NCBI GenBank assembly: GCA_026391355.1
Contig: JAPLDH010000078.1
Coordinates: 6,358-70,357, forward strand
Source of the DNA: Bacteroidota bacterium
GTDB taxonomy: Bacteria > Bacteroidota > Bacteroidia > Bacteroidales > FEN-979
Direction of reading: 5' to 3'
DNA: 64,000 bases
This document shows positions 27,736 to 37,057 of this stretch, one piece after another; the first letter of the stretch is position 1; the number at the start of each line of letters is the position of its first letter. The translations under genes were made by a program, and so were the position numbers. A model generated the notes under the pieces. That model saw only the letters and a program-made list of their open reading frames with translations. It ran no database searches and was not told where the DNA came from.

Positions 27736-28069
27736 TTTTTAAAATGGTCTTTCCAAAATATCACCTTAAGACGTTTTATGGGATCAAGAATATAGATACT
27801 GGCTGCTGTAAAATGTACCATGCTTTTTTTTATTGCAAGTTACATAAAACATTCAAATTGGATATATCCTGTGAGAATTTTCATTTTACAAAAAACAGTA
27901 TGTTATGGGTTTGTAGGTTTCTACAAAATTCGACCATTAAAATGAAGGAAATTTAGAAAAGGTGTAATAAATCATAGGGATTGCACTCTTTTGACTTTGC
28001 CCTTGGGTTGGCTTCTGTGTATGCACGAAGAAGCAGATGCGAGCAATTTGGGGCGGCATTATTTTCCGC

Positions 28070-28789
28070 TTACCATCCCGATGCAAGGAGATCAATGATA
28101 TGGATGGTCTTTAATGGCAGTTTGTGCTTATCTATATAGCCCTGCTGGTGCATCATACAGGAAGCATCGGTGGTTACAATATATTCGGCCCCGGTTGCCA
28201 GGGCATGCTTGACCTTTTGTTCGGCCATCGCAGTGGAGATGGGTTCAAACTTAACTGAAAAGGTGCCCCCAAACCCGCAACATACTTCAGTATCCTTCAT
28301 CTCTCTCAATTCCAACCCCTTCACATTCGCCAGCAACTTCCTTGGTTCATCTTTGATCCCATATTCCCTTAAAGCTGCACAGGAATCATGATAAGTGACC
28401 ACATGATTAAAAGTCGCACCGACGTCCACTACTCCAATAACATTTACCAGAAAATCGGTAAATTCAAGCATATTCTTCTTCAACTGCTTGTATTCATAGT
28501 GCTGGGCTGTATTGTGAAACAGCCAGCTGTAATAATTCCTGACCATTCCTGAACAGGAAGCAGAAGGACTGATAACGGGACGGTCATTCGGAAAATCATG
28601 CAGAAATTTCTTCCCCATCTCCTTCGCCTCATCCCAGAAACCACTGTTAAATGCCATCTGGCCGCAGCAGGTCTGGTTACCGTTATAATGAACATCGACA
28701 CCCAGCTTTTCCAGGATCTTTACCATGTTCATTCCGGTTTGCGGATATACCTGATCTATAAAACAAGGGATGAAAATGTCAACGAGCAT
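28070..28789 (-). CDS. Cysteine-rich (CCG-domain) Fe-S oxidoreductase subunit, LutA/YkgE-like
   Basis: MLVDIFIPCFIDQ...CCGQMAFNSG and a second CCGFGG motif, which is the LutA/GlpC-type pattern. Confidence 0.75.
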   Translation of the reverse strand: MLVDIFIPCFIDQVYPQTGMNMVKILEKLGVDVHYNGNQTCCGQMAFNSGFWDEAKEMGKKFLHDFPNDRPVISPSASCSGMVRNYYSWLFHNTAQHYEYKQLKKNMLEFTDFLVNVIGVVDVGATFNHVVTYHDSCAALREYGIKDEPRKLLANVKGLELREMKDTEVCCGFGGTFSVKFEPISTAMAEQKVKHALATGAEYIVTTDASCMMHQQGYIDKHKLPLKTIHIIDLLASGW

Positions 28790-28862
28790 GGCTTCTAATA
28801 GAAAGAGATTGATGATGAAAATGAAGGGTCAAATATAGTAAATTAATGAAACAACCCCATTT

Positions 28863-28982
28863 AGACCTTCCAGGTTTGTGTTAGCCAACAGAAAGACCTT
28901 CCAGGTTTCAGATGGCCAACTGTTACAACTTTCCAATTGAAACCTGGAAGGTCTGTCTAGCCAATTGAAACCTGGAAGGTCT
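28863..28982. repeat. REP cluster (two forward and two inverted copies of AGACCTTCCAGGTTT) upstream of the RAYT gene
   Basis: Forward cores at 28863 and 28894, inverted cores at 28940 and 28968, giving nested hairpins. Confidence 0.85.
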
Positions 28983-29047
28983 GAAAAATATTAACTTTGT
29001 TTTTGGATCTCTTCAAATCATTTACACGAAAAATATAGACTGATGTA

Positions 29048-29644
29048 ATGTCAAAAACAGAACTTTTGGACCCAGGGAACTACTATCACATTTATAATCG
29101 GGGCATAAATGGTTGTGATCTGTTTACGGATAATAAAAATTTTGAATATTTTATCAAACTGTTTGAAAAGTACCTCTTGCCAGTTTCAGATATTTATGCC
29201 TGGGTTCTTATGAAAAATCACTTCCATTTTCTGTTGCGAATTCATGAAGAGAATGAATTTCCAGAACGAGGGAAGCTGAAAGGTAACAAACCTGTTCATC
29301 AGTATTTCTCAAATTTCTTTAACGCTTATACGAAAGCTTTCAACAAGCGATACGACCGGACAGGCAGTTTATTTGAAAAGAACTTTCACAGGAAACATAT
29401 AAAGGATACCAGATATTTACAAAATGTGGTGATTTATATTCATCAAAATCCTGTGCATCACTCTTTCTGTGAACGTGCATCCGACTATCCATGGTCATCG
29501 TATAATACTATTGTTGCATTGAATGATACCAAAATAAAGCGTAATACTGTGATTGGATGGTTTAACGATGTTGGAAACTTCATAGACTGTCACGATAAGA
29601 AGAGAGAGTTCATCAAGATTGAAAAATGGTTGGAACTAACATAG
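29048..29644 (+). CDS. REP-associated tyrosine transposase (RAYT; IS200/IS605-like HUH Y1 enzyme)
   Basis: HUH motif NHFHFLL and catalytic Tyr motif VIYIHQNPVHH. The N-terminal YYHIYNRG is typical of this family. The stop codon lies inside the first downstream REP. Confidence 0.8.
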   Translation: MSKTELLDPGNYYHIYNRGINGCDLFTDNKNFEYFIKLFEKYLLPVSDIYAWVLMKNHFHFLLRIHEENEFPERGKLKGNKPVHQYFSNFFNAYTKAFNKRYDRTGSLFEKNFHRKHIKDTRYLQNVVIYIHQNPVHHSFCERASDYPWSSYNTIVALNDTKIKRNTVIGWFNDVGNFIDCHDKKREFIKIEKWLELT

Positions 29645-29785
29645 ACCTTCCAGGTTTCATCAGAAAGACCTTCCAGGTTTGTGATAGCCAACAGAAAGAC
29701 CTTCCAGGTTTCAGATAGCCAACTGTTACAACTTTCCAATTGAAACCTGGAAGGTCTGTCTAGCCAATTGAAACCTGGAAGGTCT
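29643..29785. repeat. REP cluster (three forward and two inverted cores) downstream of the RAYT gene
   Basis: Forward cores at 29643, 29666 and 29697. Inverted cores at 29743 and 29771. Confidence 0.85.
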
Positions 29786-29798
29786 TTTGGATGGCCTT

Positions 29799-31058
29799 TC
29801 ACTCCACAGAAAACCCAACATCGATCAGGTGTTCCCAAAACCGGGGATAGGACTTTTTTACAACATCCGGATTTACGATCGTAATCTTGCCCAGCTTAAA
29901 AACCAACGGTGCGAAAGTCATGGCCATACGGTGATCTCCGTAGGTTTCCATTTTAAGGTTGGGCCCCCATCTGATCTTGGAAGAAGGAAACTCCAGGGCA
30001 ATGTTACCATCCGGTGTGGTTTCGGTTTCCATCTTTATTCCCAGTTTTTCAAACTCATTCGTCATGGCCTGTAACCGGTCGGATTCCTTGATTTTTAAAC
30101 TCTTCAGGCCTTCAAACCGGCCCCGGATCCCGGAAGCAGCGCAGGTGGCAATCACAGGAAGCGCAATATCAGGATAATCACTGAAATTAAAATAATAACC
30201 ATCAATCTTTTTTTTAACCTTCGTTAGCCTGATCCCATCTTCCATGAATTCAGTACTGACTCCAAAGTTTTGGAAGACAGATGCAATGATGGTATCTCCT
30301 TGCAGGCTGTTTTTATGCAACCCCGGGAGCGTAAGGTCTGCCTCTGCAGAAAGTGATGCAAATTCGTACCAGAAGGCAGCAGAAGACCAATCGGCTTCAA
30401 CGGTATATTCTCTCGCATGATAAGTTGCTTCAGGAATGATGATCCTGTTACTCTCTGTGATGACATCCACCCCGAAATATTGCAGCAGCCTGACCGTCAT
30501 ATTGATGTAAGGTTTCGACGCTACCTGGCCGGTAAGCCGGAGGGTCAATCCGCCGGGAATGCCAGGTCCGATCAGGATCAAAGCAGAGACAAACTGGCTG
30601 CTGACGGTAGCATCTACTTCTATTTCCCCACCCCTCAAAGACTTTCCCCTGATCATTAATGGCGGATAACCCAACTTGGCAAGGTACTCGATTTCTGCCC
30701 CCAGCGATCGCAACGCATCAACCAAAGCGCCGATAGGGCGAAATTTCATTCGTTCGGAACCGGTAAGGATCCATTTCCCCGGAACTGACGAAAGATAGGC
30801 AGTCAGAAACCGCATGGCTGTTCCGGCATTTCCTGTTTCAAGTACGATCTGAAGGTCATTCCTCTTTTTTGTCCGGATTGCCATCAGAAGATTTTCCAGC
30901 AGGAAAGTGTCATCTGCTTCCGAAAGATGATGGATCCGGAAATCTTCCGGAGCCATAGCCCTGATCATGACCAGCCGGTTACTGATGCTTTTGGAAAAGG
31001 GTAACAGGATCGTTCCTTTCAGGATTTTATCCGCTTTATTTACCGTGACGGTCTTCAT
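29799..31058 (-). CDS. aroA: 3-phosphoshikimate 1-carboxyvinyltransferase (EPSP synthase)
   Basis: LPFSKSISNR, GNAGTAMRFL, ESDR and the overall 419-aa length match the class. Confidence 0.9.
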   Translation of the reverse strand: MKTVTVNKADKILKGTILLPFSKSISNRLVMIRAMAPEDFRIHHLSEADDTFLLENLLMAIRTKKRNDLQIVLETGNAGTAMRFLTAYLSSVPGKWILTGSERMKFRPIGALVDALRSLGAEIEYLAKLGYPPLMIRGKSLRGGEIEVDATVSSQFVSALILIGPGIPGGLTLRLTGQVASKPYINMTVRLLQYFGVDVITESNRIIIPEATYHAREYTVEADWSSAAFWYEFASLSAEADLTLPGLHKNSLQGDTIIASVFQNFGVSTEFMEDGIRLTKVKKKIDGYYFNFSDYPDIALPVIATCAASGIRGRFEGLKSLKIKESDRLQAMTNEFEKLGIKMETETTPDGNIALEFPSSKIRWGPNLKMETYGDHRMAMTFAPLVFKLGKITIVNPDVVKKSYPRFWEHLIDVGFSVE

Positions 31059-31068
31059 CCCAGACTTC

Positions 31069-32181
31069 TTAAAACTTTAGTTGCTGATAAAAACTGATTG
31101 CCTCCATGATCTGTGACCTGGATAACTGTTGATTTATGATTGCTTTTCCAATCTTTTCCAACAACACAAAATAAATTTCCCCCGATATGTTTTTCTTATC
31201 CTGGATCATCAATTCAACCATCTCTTCTTCATTACCATTACCTATTGGAAAATAATTATAATTCCCAAGGATCATCGAAATAATGGATTGCATCTCTTCG
31301 CGGGGCAGTCCTGAATAGCGGAACGAAAGATAACTTGCCGGGATGATCCCTAATGCAACTGCATTACCATGAGACAATTCATTCCCCGGCTTTTTCATTG
31401 ACAGAGATTCCAGGGCATGACCAAACGTATGTCCGAAATTTAATTTTTTTCTTTCGTTCTCCTCATAAAAGTCCTTCTGAACAATGTCGTTTTTAATACG
31501 AACAGATTGGTTGATCAGATCCTCCAAGAAATTATCACCCTGTAAATCAATAAAATTTCCGGTCAGGTTGATAGCCATTGTTCTCTCCCATAACGCTTTA
31601 TCCGCAATTAATCCTGTTTTTATGATTTCTGCAAATCCGCTTTTTACTTCCTGATATGGCAATGTTTTCAGGAAACCGGGGTAAATAAACACAGCTATGG
31701 GAGAGTGAAAGGTTCCGATCTGGTTCTTGATATTCCCCAGGTTAATCCCCGTTTTACCGCCAATTGCCGCATCCGCCTGCGCCATCAGGGTGGTTGGAAC
31801 ATTGATAAATGAAATCCCCCTTTTAAAAGTTGAAGCCAGGAAACCTCCAAGGTCTGAAAGTACACCTCCTCCCAGGTTTATCAAAAGTGAATGACGGTCA
31901 GCACGTTTTTCAATCATTCTATTCCATAGAAACAGTAAGGTTTCCTGGTTTTTATTCCGCTCGCCACTTTTTGTTTCAAGGATCACGGCATATTCAAGAC
32001 ATGATGAATCGGAAAGAAGGATTGGCAGGCAATATTGCTTCGTATTTTCATCAACAAGGATAAAAATACCTCCGGGATTTACACAATATTCTTTCAGAAA
32101 TTCATTTAATTCTGTAAAAACCATATCCCCGGTAATGATAACCCACTCTTCTGAGCCGTTTACTTTTCCGGAGATCTTCAT
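31069..32181 (-). CDS. aroB: 3-dehydroquinate synthase
   Basis: GGGVLSDLGGFLASTFKRGI, PTTLMAQADAAIGGKTG, NFGHTFGHALE. Confidence 0.9.
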   Translation of the reverse strand: MKISGKVNGSEEWVIITGDMVFTELNEFLKEYCVNPGGIFILVDENTKQYCLPILLSDSSCLEYAVILETKSGERNKNQETLLFLWNRMIEKRADRHSLLINLGGGVLSDLGGFLASTFKRGISFINVPTTLMAQADAAIGGKTGINLGNIKNQIGTFHSPIAVFIYPGFLKTLPYQEVKSGFAEIIKTGLIADKALWERTMAINLTGNFIDLQGDNFLEDLINQSVRIKNDIVQKDFYEENERKKLNFGHTFGHALESLSMKKPGNELSHGNAVALGIIPASYLSFRYSGLPREEMQSIISMILGNYNYFPIGNGNEEEMVELMIQDKKNISGEIYFVLLEKIGKAIINQQLSRSQIMEAISFYQQLKF

Positions 32182-32205
32182 AGTATGTTCAGAGGTTATT
32201 AGTTA

Positions 32206-33420
32206 TCAGTGGAATGCTGCCATTAAAAGATCTATATCCTGGCTTGGCAAATTAAAATATTTTCCAATAAAATGATTTGTGAGGGTACCGAAATAAAGAT
32301 AGACACCATGACGAAGTCCTGCATCGAGTTTAAGCAGTTTCTCCACACCTCCTTCAACACCAATATCCAGGAGAACCGGGACAAAAATGTTGTTCAGCGC
32401 TTCCGATGAAGTCTGGGGTACTTTTGATGGGATATTTGGAACACAGTAGTGGGTAATTCCATGTTTCTTAAATACCGGATTTTTATGGGTTGTTGGATAG
32501 GATGTTTCAAAGCATCCTCCCTGGTCAATGCTGATGTCGATCAGCACAGATCCTTCCTTCATCTCTTTTATCATATCTTCCGAGATCAGGCATGGAACTT
32601 TGCCATCGCGTGAATGAACGGCTCCAATCACTACATCAGCCGATCTCATGCATTCCCGTAAAACTTTTTGATGGATAACAGAAGTAAAGACACGAAACCC
32701 GAGATCATTCTGTAACCTTCGTAACCGGTAAACGGAATTATCAAATATTTTCACAAGCGCTCCAAGTCCGATGGCAGAACGGGCTGCAAATTCACCAACC
32801 GTTCCTGCCCCAATGATAACCACTTCTGTAGGCCGGATTCCGGTAAAACCGCCAAACATCTTACCTGAACCGAATTCAGGATCTGCAAGATATTCGGCTG
32901 CAAGAAAAACAGAGGTACTACCTGCAATCTCACTCATAGCACGGATCACCGGAAATGTATGGGCCTTGTCACGGATCAACTCAAATGCAAGGGCAGTTAT
33001 TCTCTTATTGATAAGCGAACGGAAATATTCTTCTTTCTGGATTCCCATCTGCAAAGCAGAAATCAATGTTTGCCTGGGTTTAAGATATTCTGCCTCCGTC
33101 AAACTAACCGGCGACACTTTCATAATGATGTCGGCCTTGTAAACCTCTTCAGAAGAGTAAACGACCTGTGCACCAGATTCACTGTAATCATGATCTGTGA
33201 AATGTGCAGCTTTGCCTGCTCCGGTCTCTATCATCACGTGATGACCATGATTGGACAGGAGTCTGACCCCTTCCGGGATCAGGATCACACGGTTTTCGTT
33301 CAGAATAGTCTCTTTGGGAACTCCGATCGTCAGGCTGCTACTTTGCCTCCCGACCTCCAGCATTTCCTCTTTGGGTAAAAGAAAGTCTGAATACCTGGAT
33401 TTACTCTCTTCCATCATCAA
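32206..33420 (-). CDS. Alanine dehydrogenase/PNT-family NAD-dependent dehydrogenase
   Basis: N-terminal IGVPKE..NENRV and Rossmann VVIIGAGTVGEFAA. The substrate cannot be told from sequence alone. Confidence 0.7.
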   Translation of the reverse strand: MMMEESKSRYSDFLLPKEEMLEVGRQSSSLTIGVPKETILNENRVILIPEGVRLLSNHGHHVMIETGAGKAAHFTDHDYSESGAQVVYSSEEVYKADIIMKVSPVSLTEAEYLKPRQTLISALQMGIQKEEYFRSLINKRITALAFELIRDKAHTFPVIRAMSEIAGSTSVFLAAEYLADPEFGSGKMFGGFTGIRPTEVVIIGAGTVGEFAARSAIGLGALVKIFDNSVYRLRRLQNDLGFRVFTSVIHQKVLRECMRSADVVIGAVHSRDGKVPCLISEDMIKEMKEGSVLIDISIDQGGCFETSYPTTHKNPVFKKHGITHYCVPNIPSKVPQTSSEALNNIFVPVLLDIGVEGGVEKLLKLDAGLRHGVYLYFGTLTNHFIGKYFNLPSQDIDLLMAAFH

Positions 33421-33473
33421 TTGTAAAATTTATACGAAGATACGAAAAAAGTAGGCTATCAGTGTCCAGGATC

Positions 33474-33878
33474 TCAGAATTCAATGGTGCGTTCTCCATC
33501 ACCTTCCATTTTCACATGGACCGTATGCTCCGGAAGAAGGGATTCCATCATCTCAGGCCACTCTATAAAACAATACGCCCCTGAAAAAAGGTAATCCTCA
33601 TACCCGATATCATATACTTCATCTATTTTCCGGATACGGTAAAAATCAAAATGGAAAAGGAATTCTCCTCCGGGTATTCTATATTCATTGATGATGGCAA
33701 ACGAGGGACTCTGAACGATATCAGATGCACCCAATTGAGCACAGATGACTTTGATAAAGGTAGTCTTCCCGGCACCCATCATCCCGTAAAATACAAACAC
33801 ACGGGCATCGGGATAGGCTGCCAGCAATTCTTTTGCTGCCGGGATAAGGTCTGATTCGTTCTTACAGGTAAAGATCAT
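33474..33878 (-). CDS. tsaE: tRNA t6A biosynthesis ATPase TsaE
   Basis: 134 aa. P-loop GMMGAGKTTF, SPSFAIINEY, HFDFYR. Confidence 0.85.
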   Translation of the reverse strand: MIFTCKNESDLIPAAKELLAAYPDARVFVFYGMMGAGKTTFIKVICAQLGASDIVQSPSFAIINEYRIPGGEFLFHFDFYRIRKIDEVYDIGYEDYLFSGAYCFIEWPEMMESLLPEHTVHVKMEGDGERTIEF

Positions 33879-35428
33879 TTTCCCTTCAACACTACAAATG
33901 GTATCATCACCTCCTCCATTGATACACCTCCATGCTGGAATGTATTCCGGTAATAGTTAACATAGTAATTATAGTTGTTCGGATAGGCAAAGAAATCGTC
34001 ATTCTTGCAAAAGATATAGTTAGAACTTACATTTATCCTTGGAAGAAAGGCATCTGCCGGGTTCTTGATCTCAAATACCTCGTTATGTTCGTATTTCAGC
34101 GCTTTCCCCGTCTTGTAACGAAGGTTTGTGTTGGTGTTCTTGTCACCAAGTACCTTTACCGGGTTATTTACGCGGATAGAACCGTGATCGGTTGTAATTA
34201 TCACATTTACATCCTTTTCTGCAAGGAAACGGAATATATCTAATAGCGGTGAATGCAGAAACCAGGAAACTGTAAGTGAACGATATGCTTTTTCATCATC
34301 CGCCAGTTCACGAATAATTTCCATCTCTGTGCGGGCATGTGATAACATATCTACAAAATTGTAAACTATAATGTTGAGCTTATTCACCATCAGGTTAGGC
34401 AATAATTCAACCAGCTTTTTCCCATACGTTTGATTGAGAACCTTATAGTAGGAATGCTTGATATCCTTACCATAACGGTGAAGAAGCTCAGTCAGAAACT
34501 CTGCTTCATAATTATTTTTTGTACCCTCTTCATCATCGTCCACCCATAATTTTGGATACTTTTTCTCGATCTCAGTCGGAAGAAGCCCTGCAAACAGAGA
34601 ATTACGGGCATATTGGGTGGTAGTAGGAAGGATACCAAAATAGATATCGTCGCGCTCAACCCTGTAATACTCTTCCAGGATGGGTTGAAGCATTTTCCAC
34701 TGGTCATACCGGAGATTATCTATGAGGATCACAAACAAAGGTCTGTTATCATTGAAAAACGGAAAGACCTTCTCCCTTAATAGTGTATGAGACAATACAG
34801 GTTTTTCCTGGGTTTTGCCATTGAGCCATGTAAGGTAATTACGCTCAATAAACTTGGCAAAAACCTCATTTGCTTCATGTTTTTGCATCCCCAACACCTG
34901 GTTCATCCCCTCGTCATCCGATTTCTCAAGTTTAAGCTCCCAGTAAACCAGCTTCTTGTAAACCTCCGTCCATTCTTCGTAATTCAGTTTATTGCTGATC
35001 TCCATTCCCAGACTTCTGAATTGCTGCTGGTATTGGTGTGTGGTTTTCTCATTGATCAGCTTTTTATTTTCAAGCGTTTTCTTCAGGCTTAGCAAGATCT
35101 GGTTCGGATTTACCGGTTTGATCAGGTAATCAGAAATATTTGATCCTATTGCATCTTCCATGATGGTCTCTTCCTCGCTTTTTGTGATCATTACAACAGG
35201 TAGATTCGGAAAATTACCCTTGATCTGCAGCAAAGTCTCAATTCCTGATAACCCCGGCATCTGTTCATCCAGAAAAACTATATCAAAATCTTTTTTCCTG
35301 AGTATTTCAATCGCATCATGGCCATTATTGGTAGTGTCAACATCATAACCTTTCTCCCTTAAAAAAATCATGTGTGGTTTCAACAGGTCTATCTCATCAT
35401 CCACCCATAAAATCGCTGTTTTATCCAT
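33875..35428 (-). CDS. porX: PorX-type response regulator (receiver plus PglZ/alkaline-phosphatase-like domain) of the T9SS regulatory pair
   Basis: ILWVDDEIDLLKPHMIFLREKGY..FLDEQMPGLSG..VVMITKSEEE..DYLIKPVNPNQILLSLKK closely follows P. gingivalis PorX as I recall it. The 517-aa length also matches. Confidence 0.8.
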   Translation of the reverse strand: MDKTAILWVDDEIDLLKPHMIFLREKGYDVDTTNNGHDAIEILRKKDFDIVFLDEQMPGLSGIETLLQIKGNFPNLPVVMITKSEEETIMEDAIGSNISDYLIKPVNPNQILLSLKKTLENKKLINEKTTHQYQQQFRSLGMEISNKLNYEEWTEVYKKLVYWELKLEKSDDEGMNQVLGMQKHEANEVFAKFIERNYLTWLNGKTQEKPVLSHTLLREKVFPFFNDNRPLFVILIDNLRYDQWKMLQPILEEYYRVERDDIYFGILPTTTQYARNSLFAGLLPTEIEKKYPKLWVDDDEEGTKNNYEAEFLTELLHRYGKDIKHSYYKVLNQTYGKKLVELLPNLMVNKLNIIVYNFVDMLSHARTEMEIIRELADDEKAYRSLTVSWFLHSPLLDIFRFLAEKDVNVIITTDHGSIRVNNPVKVLGDKNTNTNLRYKTGKALKYEHNEVFEIKNPADAFLPRINVSSNYIFCKNDDFFAYPNNYNYYVNYYRNTFQHGGVSMEEVMIPFVVLKGK

Positions 35429-35470
35429 ATTCTTTTATTTATTTTTAAATGTAAAATTCATTTAAAGGTG

Positions 35471-35517
35471 CCCACCCCTTGGTCCCCTCCCTAAATTAGA
35501 GAGGGGTAGGGGGTGGG
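35471..35517. repeat. GC-rich palindrome CCCACCCC..TCCCTAAATTAGAGA..GGGGTGGG
   Basis: Second copy of the 13901-type hairpin, in the divergent porX / HD-gene intergenic region. Confidence 0.75.
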
Positions 35518-35599
35518 TATCAAATAAATGTCGTAATATTGCTTTTATTGTTTGAAAGCCGGTTTTTTATCATATTTTAACAAAGTTACAAATAAATTG

Positions 35600-36859
35600 A
35601 TGGAAGGTGACAAGATAAGGAAACGAAAGATAATCAATGATCCGGTTTATGGTTTTATTACGCTTCCCGGCGACCTGTTATCTGATGTTCTGGAACATCC
35701 TTTTTTTCAGCGGTTACGTAGAATAAAGCAGTTGGGACTTACCCACTATGTTTATCCTTCGGCCCAGCATACCCGTTTTCAACATGCTCTGGGAGCGATG
35801 CACCTGATGAGCCAGGCTATAGAAGTGTTACGATCGAAGGATCATCTGATCACCGGGCAGGAAGAAGAAGGTCTTTTACTCGCTATTCTTTTACATGATA
35901 TCGGCCATGGACCCTATTCCCACACACTGGAACAATCATTGGTCAAAGGCCTTACCCACGAGGATCTTTCCCTCATGTTCATGGATGCCCTGAATGATTA
36001 CCTTGAAAACCGGCTTCAAATTGCCATCAGTATCTTCCGTGATGATTACCCAAAAAGATTTTTACATCAGTTGGTTTCCAGTCAACTGGATATGGACAGG
36101 CTGGACTATCTTACACGCGACAGTTTCTTTACAGGGGTTGCCGAAGGAGTTATCAATACAGACAGGATCATTAAAATGCTGAATATAGCGGATGATGAGC
36201 TGGTGGTCGATATGAAGGGGATCTATTCCATTGAAAAATTCATCATTTCTAGGCGGTTGATGTACTGGCAGGTCTATTTCCATAAAACCGTTATGGCTGC
36301 TGAGTACATACTGATCAACATCCTGAAGAGGGCAAAATTCCTGGCCGAAAACGGAATGGTGCTCTTTGCTACTCCAGCGCTAAATATGTTCCTATCCAAT
36401 ACTCCCACAAAATCAGATTTTCTGAATGATAAAGAATGGTTGGTCAATTTTTCAATGCTCGATGATTTTGATATTTTCGCCTCAATCAAAGTTTGGAAAG
36501 ATCACACGGATCCTATCTTATCCTTTCTTTGCAACAGTCTCATCAACCGTCACCTGTTTAAATTGGAGATCAGGCATGAGCCTTTTGAACCAGCCTATAC
36601 TCAATTTGTGAGAAAACAGGCTGCCAGGATCTTTAACCTGTCTGAATATGAAACCAGTTACTTCGTTACAGAAGAATCAGTTGCCAATAATGCTTACAAT
36701 CCCAACTGCGATAAAATAAACCTCCTCTCAAAAGATCACCATATAATTGATATTTCTGAAGCATCTGACCAGTTAAATATCCCAATCATATCAACAACTG
36801 TTAGAAAATATGTTTTTTGTTATCCCAAGAATCTTGAAAGTGACAGAGTGACAGAGTGA
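35600..36859 (+). CDS. HD-domain phosphohydrolase (dGTPase/SAMHD1-like)
   Basis: INDPVYGF, RLRRIKQLG, TRFQHALGAMHL, LLHDIGHGPYSH, DMDRLDYLTRD. ATG 35600 is preferred over the TTG track start at 35552. Confidence 0.85.
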   Translation: MEGDKIRKRKIINDPVYGFITLPGDLLSDVLEHPFFQRLRRIKQLGLTHYVYPSAQHTRFQHALGAMHLMSQAIEVLRSKDHLITGQEEEGLLLAILLHDIGHGPYSHTLEQSLVKGLTHEDLSLMFMDALNDYLENRLQIAISIFRDDYPKRFLHQLVSSQLDMDRLDYLTRDSFFTGVAEGVINTDRIIKMLNIADDELVVDMKGIYSIEKFIISRRLMYWQVYFHKTVMAAEYILINILKRAKFLAENGMVLFATPALNMFLSNTPTKSDFLNDKEWLVNFSMLDDFDIFASIKVWKDHTDPILSFLCNSLINRHLFKLEIRHEPFEPAYTQFVRKQAARIFNLSEYETSYFVTEESVANNAYNPNCDKINLLSKDHHIIDISEASDQLNIPIISTTVRKYVFCYPKNLESDRVTE

Positions 36860-36871
36860 CAGAGTGACAGA
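36840..36871 (+). repeat. Tandem octamer (GTGACAGA)x4 spanning the HD-gene stop codon
   Basis: Read directly. The last codons, ..DRVTE*, are encoded by the repeat itself. Confidence 0.9.
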
Positions 36872-36881
36872 GAGAGAATGT

Positions 36882-36961
36882 AACTGGTAAAATGGTAAAC
36901 TGGCAAAATGGTAAAAATCCATAACAACAAAAAATTTTACCAATTTACCAGTTTACCAGTT
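36882..36961. terminator. Long imperfect hairpin built from TGGTAAA/TTTACCA words; likely terminator
   Basis: AACTGGTAAAATGGTAAACTGGCAAAATGGTAAAAA ... TTTTACCAATTTACCAGTTTACCAGTT. The arms are largely complementary. Confidence 0.5.
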
Positions 36962-37057
36962 GAGACCCCGAACTGAAAAAAAAACCAGCCTGTTTGGAAA
37001 AAAATTGGTAACTTGCGCCACTTTTTAAATCGTAAACCATTATATTAAAGCGAATTG

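Larger units (their letters stand above)
28863..29785 (+). mobile_element. REPtron: RAYT gene bracketed by clusters of its cognate REP hairpins
   Basis: About 100 nt around 28885-28985 is almost identical to 29691-29790, in direct orientation on both sides of the HUH transposase gene. Confidence 0.75.

Noticed and set aside
16112-28069. Prophage or integrative conjugative element
   Set aside because: No integrase, recombinase, structural or conjugation genes are present, and no tRNA sits at the borders. The only scar-like feature is the duplicated tex 5' end.
28863-29785. Could the regularly spaced 15-mers, or the octamer repeat at 36840, be a CRISPR array?
   Set aside because: The repeats are too short (15 nt and 8 nt), occur in both orientations forming hairpins, have irregular spacers of 8-30 nt, and have no cas genes nearby. 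They are better explained as REPs and a simple tandem repeat.
29590-29838. 82-aa minus-strand ORF, plus the 95-aa + ORF at 29787-30074
   Set aside because: The first is made of REP sequence. The second is antisense to aroA.
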